Shown piece by piece: positions 8,470 to 17,047 of a stretch of DNA of 42,676 bases (positions are counted from its first letter, which is position 1; each line of letters begins with the position of its first letter). The DNA comes from an uncultured bacterium (GTDB lineage: Bacteria > CAYJRR01). The translations under genes were made by a program, and so were the position numbers. The notes under the pieces were generated by a model. That model saw only the letters and a list, made by a program, of their open reading frames with translations, did no database searches and was not told the DNA's origin. The stretch is taken from NCBI GenBank assembly GCA_964372275.1, contig CAYJRR010000019.1:1-42676 (forward strand). The letters are read 5' to 3'.

Positions 8470-11178
8470 CTACAAGCTCTGCAGGATCTGCTTCGTCTGC
8501 GCGGCGAACGGATGTCCGGGCGCCATGTCGAGGAACTTCTTGAACGCCGCCTTCGCCTTCGCATTGTCGCCGATCGTCATGTAGGCGGTCCCGAGTCCCA
8601 GGTAGGCGTCGGCGTTCGACGCGTCGGACGCCGCCGCCTGTTGGAACAGCTTGAGCGCCTTGGCGCCGTTGTTCTGGTTCAGCGCGTCGTTCCCCTGTTT
8701 GACCAGCTCCGCCGCCTTCGTCTTGCCCGCATCGTCCTTCTTCGGCGTCGGCTTCGGCGTCGGTGTCGGCTTGGGGGTCGGCGTCGGCTTCGGGGTCGCC
8801 TTGGGGGTGGGCGTCGCCTTCGACGCCGTCGAGGTGGCGGCCGCGCTTGGGGAGGCGGTCGGATCCGCCGGCACGGGGCTCGAGGCGGCGACGGCTCCGT
8901 CGGGGCTCGCCACCGCCGCCGGGCTCGTCGTCGCGGCGGGGCTCGCCATCGCCAGGGCGGTGGGCGGAGCCGTCGCCCGCGCCTTCGCGGTCGGCTCCGG
9001 CGAAGGGGCCGGCTTCGGCTGGAGCATCGGCAAGGCGATGTACGCGCCGCCGCCGAGGGCGGCGATGAGCAGGACGCCGCCGATCGCCCACTTGAGGCCG
9101 CCCCCGCGCGAGGCGGCCGGCGTGGCGATCGCCGCCTCCGCGAGGGCCGAGGGGGGCATCGTCGCCGCGGAGCTCGGATCGGGCCCCGCCGACGCGCGTC
9201 CCGACGGTTCGGACGAGGTCGATCCCGACGATTGCGGTCCGCCCCACGGGGTCGACGCGACCGGACCACCCGGGACGCCCGCCTTCCACGGTGGCGCCCC
9301 GCCCGCTGCCGGACCGGCCGGGCTGTTCCAGCCTCCGGCGGCCGGCTTGGCCGGCGCGTTCGGCGCTCCGGCCGGAGCGCCCCAACCGGCGCCACCGGCG
9401 CTCGGCGAGCCCCATCCGCCGGTGGCCGGCCCGGAGCTTCCCGCCGGTGCGCCCCCCGCCCATGGCGGCGGAGCCGGAGTGGGCTTGGAGTCGGTCTCTC
9501 CCCACGTCGGCGTCCGCGTCGCAGGGAAGGCGGCGCCGCCGGACGCCGGCTCCTCCTTCGCGGCCGGGAAGGCGGCCCCCGGGAAGGTGTCGCTCGGCGG
9601 AGGCGCGTCGAAGGCGATCGTCGGACCGGTCGGCGGACCGGTCGGCGCGGACACCGCCGCAGGGGACGGCGCCGGCGATCCGAAGAGAGCGGCCCCCGGC
9701 GTGGCCGACGGCGGCGTCGTCGTCGCGGCGGGGGACGCCGACGGCATGCCGAACGGCGAACCACCCGAGGCGGCGGGCGCGCCGAACGGAGTCGGGGCGG
9801 AGCCCGCCGGCGCTCCGAACGGCGCGGGGGAGGCACCCGCCGGTGCGCCGAACGCGGCCGCGGCCCCCGGGGTCGGCGGGACGATCGCCTGCGGCGATGC
9901 CGCCGGCGCCGGTGCGCCGGGCGCGCCGAACGGAGAGCTCGCGGTCGACGCCGAGGGCAGACCGCCCGGTCCCCCCGACGGGGCGCCTCCGGCGGCCGCC
10001 ACCTGCCACGACGGTCCGGCGGGGGCCGTCTTCGGTCCGCCCATCGGGATCCACCCGGCCGACCCCGGCGCGGCCGCGCCGTTCGCGACCTGCTTCAGGA
10101 GCCCGGCGGTGTAGAGCGCCGACACCGCGCGCACCAGGTCGAGGGTGTAGTTGCGCTCCTGGAGGACGTCCAGGATCCGCCGCCCGCCGCCGAAGGCCCG
10201 CCCGATCGCCTCGCCGTTCGGACCGGCGGTCTGCGTCGCCGCCGACGATGGCGTGTTCGGGTCGTAGGAGAGCATCGAGACCAGCGGCGGAAGCCGGTCG
10301 AGCAGCTGCGTCACCTCGTCGTGGGCCCGCATCTCTTCGACACGCGCCGCGCGGACGCGCACGTCCTGGACGTTGGCGTCGCCGCCCGCGCCGGCCGCCG
10401 ACCCTTGCAGCGGCGCCGCCGCGGGGCCGACCGACAGACCGTCGACGTCGACGATCTTCAGGTGTGCCAGCCCCGCCAGGATCTGGAGCACGGCCAGCTC
10501 GGTGAGCCCCGTCTCCTGCACGATCTCCGGGATCCTCCGCGTGCCGTCGATCTTGTTCAGGACCTTCGAGGTCTCGAAGTTGATCGTCAGGTCCTGCGAC
10601 AGGTATCCGCTCTCGGCCGACAGACGCGGCGGACGCGCCGTGTCCCCCAGGATCTTGGTGCACTGGTTGATCGAATAGGTCCGCCGCACCCCTTCGAGGA
10701 TCAGGTCGGCGGTCTTGATCTTCAGGTCGAGCAGCTGCTGCGCGTTCCCGAAGAACTCTTTCGAAAAGAGATAGTCTCCGTCGTCCCAGCCGAACGCGCC
10801 GAGAACGATCTCGCGCACCTGCACCTCGATCGCGGGCAGGAGGCGGTCGGTGCGGAGAACCCCTCGCTCCACCAGGACGGCGCCGAGCATCTTCCCCGAC
10901 TTCTTCGCTTCGGCGAGGCATTCGGACAGCTGGGTGCGTGTGATCTCGCCGCGCCGGCAGAGCACCTCGCCGAGCCGATCGGTGGCGAGGTTGCTCTCCG
11001 CGAACATCACGCAGCCGTTCTTGAAATAGATCGACTTCGAGACCTCGCCGCGCTTGAGCACCAGCGTTCCGGTCCGGTCGGAGATCGCGAGGTTGTGCAG
11101 AAGCTTGGCGAGCCCGATCTGCTTCAGGCGCCATGTGCCGCCGGTCAGTGGATCCTGCGGAGGCTGGAGATCGGCCAT
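8470..11178 (-). CDS. DUF4388 (PatA_N-like) protein with Pro/Ala/Gly-rich linker, one TM helix and C-terminal TPR
   Basis: GLAKLLHNL...RTGTLVL...KSIYFKNG..FAES..RLGEVL..RGEIT...WDDGDY pattern; TM WAIGGVLLIAALGGGAYIAL; TPR ADAYLGLGTAY...AFKKFLDMAP. Confidence 0.82.
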   Translation of the reverse strand: MADLQPPQDPLTGGTWRLKQIGLAKLLHNLAISDRTGTLVLKRGEVSKSIYFKNGCVMFAESNLATDRLGEVLCRRGEITRTQLSECLAEAKKSGKMLGAVLVERGVLRTDRLLPAIEVQVREIVLGAFGWDDGDYLFSKEFFGNAQQLLDLKIKTADLILEGVRRTYSINQCTKILGDTARPPRLSAESGYLSQDLTINFETSKVLNKIDGTRRIPEIVQETGLTELAVLQILAGLAHLKIVDVDGLSVGPAAAPLQGSAAGAGGDANVQDVRVRAARVEEMRAHDEVTQLLDRLPPLVSMLSYDPNTPSSAATQTAGPNGEAIGRAFGGGRRILDVLQERNYTLDLVRAVSALYTAGLLKQVANGAAAPGSAGWIPMGGPKTAPAGPSWQVAAAGGAPSGGPGGLPSASTASSPFGAPGAPAPAASPQAIVPPTPGAAAAFGAPAGASPAPFGAPAGSAPTPFGAPAASGGSPFGMPSASPAATTTPPSATPGAALFGSPAPSPAAVSAPTGPPTGPTIAFDAPPPSDTFPGAAFPAAKEEPASGGAAFPATRTPTWGETDSKPTPAPPPWAGGAPAGSSGPATGGWGSPSAGGAGWGAPAGAPNAPAKPAAGGWNSPAGPAAGGAPPWKAGVPGGPVASTPWGGPQSSGSTSSEPSGRASAGPDPSSAATMPPSALAEAAIATPAASRGGGLKWAIGGVLLIAALGGGAYIALPMLQPKPAPSPEPTAKARATAPPTALAMASPAATTSPAAVASPDGAVAASSPVPADPTASPSAAATSTASKATPTPKATPKPTPTPKPTPTPKPTPKKDDAGKTKAAELVKQGNDALNQNNGAKALKLFQQAAASDASNADAYLGLGTAYMTIGDNAKAKAAFKKFLDMAPGHPFAAQTKQILQSL
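8740..8822 (-). repeat. Coding Pro/Thr/Lys repeat (TPKATPKPTPTPKPTPTPKPTPK)
   Basis: Short tandem peptide repeats form a periplasmic stalk before the TPR. Confidence 0.7.
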
Positions 11179-11227
11179 GGAGAAGTCGGAACGCCTCCGG
11201 AGACGCGAAAAACGCTCGTGATTACAA

Positions 11228-11257
11228 AGTGTACGACGACGCCCGCGGCCGATGCAA
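11228..11257 (-). promoter_or_regulatory. Putative sigma70 promoter for the DUF4388 gene
   Basis: Minus strand TTGCAT-N18-TACACT, about 50 bp upstream of ATG 11178. Confidence 0.4.
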
Positions 11258-11374
11258 CCGGTGATTCCGCGAGAAGAATTCTTGTAGGAGGGGGGGCGCC
11301 GGACGGGGCCCAAAACAAACCCCCTCGTGTTACCGTCCGTGAGGGTGGCCGGAAGGGGCGGCAGGAGGATGCGC

Positions 11375-11860
11375 ATGAGGGCGTTCGCGGTGGCGTTGAC
11401 GATCGTGGCGGCGTCGGCGGGTGTGGAGGCCCGGGCACAGAGCGGCGGCTCCGTCGCGAAGCCGCCCGAGGACGCGGCGACGCTGGAGAAGGCGATCTCC
11501 GACGCCCCGGGGCCGATCGGCTGCTGGGTGAATCCGAGCGGCGATCGGCTCCTCGACTGCGAGGCCCGCGAGCGAGGGATTGCCGCCTTCAAGGACCTCT
11601 ACGCCCGCGACAAGAGACGGGCGATCGCCGCGATCCAGCGCCGCTTCGACGAGATCCCCAGCCCGAAGGGGGGCTACTTTCCGATCCTGGCGGCGGTGCA
11701 GGTGAAGGACAAGGCGTTCGTACCGATGCTCAAGAAGCTGGCCGAACGGCAGAAGGAGAACGACCTCGCCGTCTGGGCCCTGGAGGCGGTGCGCGTGATC
11801 GAAGGAGTCCCGTGCAGCCAGGTGCCGGCGCCCAAGAAGCTCAAGGAGATCTGCATGTAG
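11375..11860 (+). CDS. Secreted hypothetical protein (helical, 4 Cys)
   Basis: AGGAGG 6 nt before ATG 11375; signal peptide MRAFAVALTIVAASAGVEARA; high-GC3 codons. Confidence 0.75.
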   Translation: MRAFAVALTIVAASAGVEARAQSGGSVAKPPEDAATLEKAISDAPGPIGCWVNPSGDRLLDCEARERGIAAFKDLYARDKRRAIAAIQRRFDEIPSPKGGYFPILAAVQVKDKAFVPMLKKLAERQKENDLAVWALEAVRVIEGVPCSQVPAPKKLKEICM

Positions 11861-11977
11861 CGCATACCCCGCCGCCGGCGGATGCCGGCGGAAGCGGGTA
11901 GCCGGATGCCCCACTCCGTGGTATCACGCCGCCGCGCGTGGAGAGGCGCTCTTCGCGCGAATCGTGACCCCGCGCGC

Positions 11978-12006
11978 TTGAAAGGGCAGGTGGCCGTGGA
12001 TACTCT
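11978..12006 (+). promoter_or_regulatory. Putative sigma70 promoter
   Basis: TTGAAA-N17-TACTCT upstream of ATG 12080. Confidence 0.45.
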
Positions 12007-12079
12007 CCCGCGTTCCGGACTCGAACCGAAGTCGACCGCGCAAGCCAAGAGCCCGAAAGCGAAACAGGAGCCCACGTCG

Positions 12080-14143
12080 ATGCCGCAGGGCGCGATCACC
12101 GTCCAGCTCGAGTCGTTCCTCACCTCGAAGGCGCTCTCGGCGAAGACGAACGACGGCGTCGTCCCCGGAATCGTCCGCGACCGCAAGGGGCGGTTGATCC
12201 TCGCCGACGAGACGGCGGTCGACTTGGAGAAGCTCCGCCAGGCGCAGATCCCGCTGCTCGACGTGGGCCGGCGGGTGCGCCTATTCGCCGGGGACATGAG
12301 CCGGGAGATCGCCGCCTACCTGCTGCCCGTCGAGCTCGGCCGAATCTCGAAAGAGGATGCGGCGGCGGCGGACGGACTGGAGACGCCGCTCGGGGTGCTG
12401 GTCGCCGACCACGGACTCTGGTTGAAACACAAGCCGGGGATCGAGGAGATCGGGACCAACGACCGGGGCGAGGTGCTCCTCCGGCTCGATCCTGCGCGCG
12501 CCGCCGATCCGACCGTCGGACCGGTGCGCGGCGCCGCCACCACGATCATCGCCGGCCGCTGCAAGAACCTCGTGACGCGGCTCGATCTCGCGTCGCACGA
12601 GGCGGACAAGAGGGAGGCGAGGGCCTGGATGCGGGCCCTGGAGATCGTGGAGGGGAAGGCGACGCAGACCTCGACCTTCGTCTGCGCCGGGATCTCCTAC
12701 GAGGTGCGCGGCAACGCGACCTACCTGATCCGGACCTCGCGTCTCAACTTCTTCGACCCGGAGGACCCCGACACCCGCGTCCTCTCGGCCGAGATCGCGA
12801 AACGGTTCGAGCGCGCCGGGAAGAAGCTCCCCAACGTGCAGATCTTCTCGATGATCGGCATGCCGACGAGCGAGGCGGCGCACGCCGCGTTCCTCGGGCG
12901 GCTTACGGAGAAGGGGGCGAGTCCGTCCGAGATCGGGATCCCGACCGACCTCACCAAGAGCCAGTTCTACGATCCGGCGACGAAGGGGATCACCTCGTCG
13001 AACCTGCTCTACTTCGCGCCGCTCAAGAGCCTCCCGTCGACGATCACCATCGTCACGTGCAACACCGACTACCACGGCGAGGTGAAGTCGCGCGGCGTGC
13101 TGTCGCCGCTGATGGCGATCATGAGCCAGGTCGACGTCATCTCGGCGCACGCCGGGTGCGCGGTGCTGAACGGCCGCGGGACGGTGACCACCTTCACCGG
13201 TCCGACCGGGACGGGAAAGACGACCGCCGGATCGTTCTGGGCCGAGCGCAACGAGCGCTACCGCCGCAACGAGCTCAAGCGCCGCTACGCCATCGACCTG
13301 AAGAGCGAGGAGAAGGCGGCGGAGACGCTGGAGCGGACCGGGATCCTCTGCCAGGAGGACTGGGTCGAGATCGTGAAGAGGGACGACGGCTCGTGGGTCT
13401 TCTGGCCGACGGAGCGGACGATGTACGCGCGCACCGGCGGATTCCCCGGGCTGCGCTACATCCTCGCCGAGAACCTCCCGACGGTGGAGAACGTCTGCGC
13501 CGACTTCGGCGCGTCGGGGCGGGCCGCCGACCTGGGCCGGGTCACGCACGACTACTTCCCGGAGCGGATCTTCTACGATCCGGCGTGGGGGCACCTGAAG
13601 TACGACCGGAATCCGCGGGTGATCTCGGCGAACGTCTTCCTGGAGCGGAACCGCGAGCTCGACTTCTTCGTCAAGCGGGTGGAGGGGAAGGAGGCGATCC
13701 AGTGGCTCCTCCTCGGCCGCACCCCGGCCGGGAAGTTCGAGCCCCTCTACAACGCCTACCCCGACTTCTCCGGTCTGCTGATGACGTACGGCGTGGTGGG
13801 GAACAAGCTGATCGAGGCGGTGGCCGCCGCGGAGAAGGGGGAGTTCGGCCCGATCGGCAACGGCGACAAGACGATCGGCGAGGCGATCTACGACAAGCTG
13901 TCGGTGCAGCTGAAGCTGTGGCGCGAGCACACCCGCGACGTTCCGATGTTCATCGTCAACGGCGCGCCGGGGCTCGAGATCACGCAGGACGCGAACTGGC
14001 TGCTCTCCGAACATCCCGATTGCTTCCAGAACTGGCAGAAGGTCACCGTCGACGACTTCAAGTCGTTCATGAAGGAGCGCTACGGCGTGACCTACGGACA
14101 GAAGGGGGAGTGGACCCACATCCGGCCGGAGGACCGTCGCTGA
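12080..14143 (+). CDS. PEP-carboxykinase(ATP)/HPr-kinase superfamily P-loop protein, function uncertain
   Basis: AGGAG RBS; motifs DYHGEVKS, SAHAGC, GPTGTGKTT, LCQEDW, ERTMYART and ENV lie in the same order as in PckA but are divergent. Confidence 0.7.
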   Translation: MPQGAITVQLESFLTSKALSAKTNDGVVPGIVRDRKGRLILADETAVDLEKLRQAQIPLLDVGRRVRLFAGDMSREIAAYLLPVELGRISKEDAAAADGLETPLGVLVADHGLWLKHKPGIEEIGTNDRGEVLLRLDPARAADPTVGPVRGAATTIIAGRCKNLVTRLDLASHEADKREARAWMRALEIVEGKATQTSTFVCAGISYEVRGNATYLIRTSRLNFFDPEDPDTRVLSAEIAKRFERAGKKLPNVQIFSMIGMPTSEAAHAAFLGRLTEKGASPSEIGIPTDLTKSQFYDPATKGITSSNLLYFAPLKSLPSTITIVTCNTDYHGEVKSRGVLSPLMAIMSQVDVISAHAGCAVLNGRGTVTTFTGPTGTGKTTAGSFWAERNERYRRNELKRRYAIDLKSEEKAAETLERTGILCQEDWVEIVKRDDGSWVFWPTERTMYARTGGFPGLRYILAENLPTVENVCADFGASGRAADLGRVTHDYFPERIFYDPAWGHLKYDRNPRVISANVFLERNRELDFFVKRVEGKEAIQWLLLGRTPAGKFEPLYNAYPDFSGLLMTYGVVGNKLIEAVAAAEKGEFGPIGNGDKTIGEAIYDKLSVQLKLWREHTRDVPMFIVNGAPGLEITQDANWLLSEHPDCFQNWQKVTVDDFKSFMKERYGVTYGQKGEWTHIRPEDRR

Positions 14144-14183
14144 CGACGCGCGCCGGCGAGTTCCGATCGACGAACGTTTCGAG

Positions 14184-14522
14184 ATGGACGAAGAGACCTA
14201 CCGTTCCCACGTCGAGCGCATCTTTTCCGAGATCGACCGGTCGTTCGGTGACGTCGATCCCGACCAGGCGGAGTCGTCGCTCTCCCAGGGGGCGCTGACG
14301 GTGGTGTTCGCGGGGGGGCACCGCCTGATCCTCAGCCCGCAGCCGGCGGTGCGGCAGATCTGGATGGCGTTCCGCGATCAGGCGTGGCACTTCGATCGCG
14401 GGTCCGACGGGCGGTGGCTCGACGACCGGGGGCGCGGGATCGAGCTGTTCGCCCGTGTGCGCGAGATCGCCAAGTCGGCGGCCGGGGTCGATCTCCCGCT
14501 CGGAGCGGAGGTGGGCGGGTGA
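14184..14522 (+). CDS. cyaY: Iron donor protein CyaY (frataxin family)
   Basis: Acidic N-terminal helix, GALTVVF, ILSPQPAVRQIWMA...WHFD...W. Confidence 0.9.
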   Translation: MDEETYRSHVERIFSEIDRSFGDVDPDQAESSLSQGALTVVFAGGHRLILSPQPAVRQIWMAFRDQAWHFDRGSDGRWLDDRGRGIELFARVREIAKSAAGVDLPLGAEVGG

Positions 14523-15742
14523 GCGCCGCCCGGCCGGGACCCGGGCCTGTCGCCTTGGCGATCGCCGCGGCTCTGGCCGCGGGCTGCGCGGGGCGCGCGG
14601 GACGCGAGAGCCACTCGCCGGTGACGGCGCGCGTCACCTCCTACGGGTTGACGTCGCTCGACGCCGGGCTGGTCGCGAGCTGGATCGAGCCGGATCCGGA
14701 GAAGGGGAACGACCGCTTTCGTTTCTCGCGCTACGTCGGCGGCCGATGGACGCGGCCGCGCACCGTCGTCGCCGCCGACAATCTGTTCCTGAGCGATGCC
14801 GATGTTCCGGGGGTGGCGGCGGTGACCGACGGATCGCTCGTCGCGCATTGGATGGTGCGGCGGAGGGACGGCGGGCACGACGTGATGGTGGCGAGGTCCA
14901 CCGACGCGGGGAAGTCCTGGAGCAAGCCGTCGAGGCTCCACCGAGACGACGTGCCGGTGGAGCACGGATTCGTCTCCTGGGTCGAGCACGAGGGGGTGCT
15001 GATCGCCACCTGGCTCGGCGGAGCGGAGAAGCGGCCGACGACGTTGCGGGCCGCGGTCGTCGAGGGGGGCGTTCCGAAGGACGAGACGCTGCTCGACGCG
15101 CAGGTCTGCGACTGCTGCCGAACCGACGCCGGGCGCACGGAAGAGGGGCCGATCGTCAGCTTCCGCAACCGTGCCGCCGACGAGGTGCGCGATGCGCACG
15201 TGGTCCGTGGCGCGAGGCCCGATTCGCCTGACGCCGCCGGGGGCGAGGTCGGGCGGACGTGGGAGGATCCGCGACCCGTTGGCGGCGGCGGATGGCGGAT
15301 CCACGGTTGTCCGGTGAACGGGCCGGGTCTCGACGCCATCGGGCGCGATGTCGTCGTCGCCTGGTTCACCGCGGCCAACAAATCGCCGCGGGTCGAGGTG
15401 GCCTTCTCGTCCGACAGCGGAAAGACGTTCGGACCGGCGACGCGCGTCGACGAGACGAAGCCGGCCGGTCGCGTCGACGTGGCGTGGGTCGGGGAGGCGG
15501 CGTATGTCTCCTGGGTCGACCGGACCGATACCGGGCTCGCGGTCCGCCTGCGGCGAGTGCGGCACGACGGCGCCGTCGATCCGCCGCAGACGATCGCCGA
15601 CCTGCCGATCGGCAACGACCCCGGATTCCCGCGCCTGGCGCGCGTCGGCCGGGAGGCGTGGCTCGCCTACACCGACGACGGTAGGCTGAAGATCGTCCCG
15701 GTGGTGTCGCCGGAAGACGCCCGAACGGCTCAGGCGCGGTAG
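14519..15742 (+). CDS. BNR/Asp-box (sialidase-like) beta-propeller lipoprotein
   Basis: GTG overlaps the cyaY stop; lipobox LAAGC; Asp boxes STDAGKSW and SSDSGKTF; CDCCR and GCPVNGP motifs. Confidence 0.85.
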   Translation: MSAARPGPGPVALAIAAALAAGCAGRAGRESHSPVTARVTSYGLTSLDAGLVASWIEPDPEKGNDRFRFSRYVGGRWTRPRTVVAADNLFLSDADVPGVAAVTDGSLVAHWMVRRRDGGHDVMVARSTDAGKSWSKPSRLHRDDVPVEHGFVSWVEHEGVLIATWLGGAEKRPTTLRAAVVEGGVPKDETLLDAQVCDCCRTDAGRTEEGPIVSFRNRAADEVRDAHVVRGARPDSPDAAGGEVGRTWEDPRPVGGGGWRIHGCPVNGPGLDAIGRDVVVAWFTAANKSPRVEVAFSSDSGKTFGPATRVDETKPAGRVDVAWVGEAAYVSWVDRTDTGLAVRLRRVRHDGAVDPPQTIADLPIGNDPGFPRLARVGREAWLAYTDDGRLKIVPVVSPEDARTAQAR

Positions 15743-15773
15743 GGGTCGAGACCGCGGCCGGTACCGCGGTCGC

Positions 15774-15873
15774 NNNNNNNNNNNNNNNNNNNNNNNNNNN
15801 NNNNNNNNNNNNNNNNNNNNNNNNNNNNNNNNNNNNNNNNNNNNNNNNNNNNNNNNNNNNNNNNNNNNNNNNN
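15774..15873. other. Assembly gap (100 N)
   Basis: Run of N. Confidence 1.
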
Positions 15874-16022
15874 CGGTCGCCTCACCTACCGCGGTCTGAA
15901 TATTCCCCCTTGACGTGCCGGCGGACATGACCAATTATTCGTTTCGGTCAATTTGACGGCTCGGGGCGGCTCCCGGGCGGTGCCCGCCGGAGAATCTTAC
16001 GGGTAAAAATCCCGTACGCTCG

Positions 16023-16043
16023 GTCGGGTGGCCGACTTTTTTT
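16023..16043 (+). terminator. Intrinsic terminator-like hairpin upstream of the monooxygenase gene
   Basis: GTCGG-GTGG-CCGAC followed by T7. Confidence 0.5.
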
Positions 16044-16093
16044 GCTCCGCGTGTGACTCAGTTTCCAAAGTAGTCAGAAAGGTGGGTGTCCCG

Positions 16094-17047
16094 ATGAATC
16101 GCTCCTCTCTCCTCCTCCCCCTCGTCCCGTTCGCCGTGGCCGCCTGCGCCCCTTCCCCCGAGCCGGCGGAGCCACTCCGGTCGATCACCGTCCAGATGGG
16201 GCCGTTCGAGGTCGGTCCGGGCGAAGAGCGCACGCAGTGTCTCGTCACGCGGCTCGGAAACGACGCTCCGTTCGACGTGGTGAAGACGTCGAGCCGGATG
16301 ACGCCGGGAAGCCATCACCTGATCGTCTACAAGGACGCGTCGTCGGCGCTGGGGCAGGAACCGCCGCCGGAGGGGCTCGGGGACTGCGACATGGAGGCGC
16401 CGCGCCTGTTCCTCTACGGCGCGCAGGAGCCGGACCACGAGGACACGCTCCCGGCCGGCGTCGCGCGCCGGCTCGAAGCGGGGACGGTGCTGATCCTCGA
16501 GGCGCACTACGCGAACGCCTCCGAACAGACGATCGAGGCGAGGATCGACGTGACACTCGACGCGGCCGAGCCCGGCACCGTCGAGCAGTTCGCCGGGATC
16601 CTCTTCTACATGGACACCGCCTTCTCGATCCCGCCGCGCGCGGGCTTCGACGGGGCGCCGCTCTACACCCACGACACCACCTGCGCCGTGCCGGAAGGGG
16701 TGAACGTCTTCCGACTCGGTTCGCACACCCACAAGCGCGGGAGCCGCTTCGAGATCTTCCGCCGCGACCTGGGCGCCGGCACCGACGTCGAGCGTCTCTA
16801 CGAGAACACCGACTGGCACGAGCCGTACGAGCTCTCCTTCCCCGACGACGCGCCGCTGCGCCTGGCGTCCGGGGAGGGATTCCGCTTCGCGTGCCACTGG
16901 ACGAACGAGTCCGACGAGACGATCGAATTCGGCCCGTCGGTCGACGACGAGATGTGCATCATGGCCGGCGGCTACTGGCCCGCGGTGGAAGGGCCGCTCG
17001 GGATGGACGGCAACGTCTTCTGCCTCAACGGCGAGCTCTATTACTAA
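16094..17047 (+). CDS. Copper type II ascorbate-dependent monooxygenase-like lipoprotein (PHM/DBM family)
   Basis: Lipobox VAAC; CuH ligands GSHHL and EAHY; CuM ligands HTH and DEMC. Confidence 0.85.
   Translation: MNRSSLLLPLVPFAVAACAPSPEPAEPLRSITVQMGPFEVGPGEERTQCLVTRLGNDAPFDVVKTSSRMTPGSHHLIVYKDASSALGQEPPPEGLGDCDMEAPRLFLYGAQEPDHEDTLPAGVARRLEAGTVLILEAHYANASEQTIEARIDVTLDAAEPGTVEQFAGILFYMDTAFSIPPRAGFDGAPLYTHDTTCAVPEGVNVFRLGSHTHKRGSRFEIFRRDLGAGTDVERLYENTDWHEPYELSFPDDAPLRLASGEGFRFACHWTNESDETIEFGPSVDDEMCIMAGGYWPAVEGPLGMDGNVFCLNGELYY

Noticed and set aside
11872..11891. Hairpin CCGCCGGC-GGAT-GCCGGCGG as a terminator
   Set aside because: Position after a stop codon is plausible, but there is no U tract; too weak to call.
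8182..11901. Very long Arg/Gly-rich ORFs (e.g. 1239 aa here; also 1069-3093, 16237-18960, 31201-33654)
   Set aside because: Antisense or off-frame shadows of real genes, expected at this GC content; no recognisable motifs.
15955..16040. c-di-GMP-I (GEMM) riboswitch
   Set aside because: Slight 3' resemblance only; the GGCAAA and GNRA tetraloop/receptor elements are missing.
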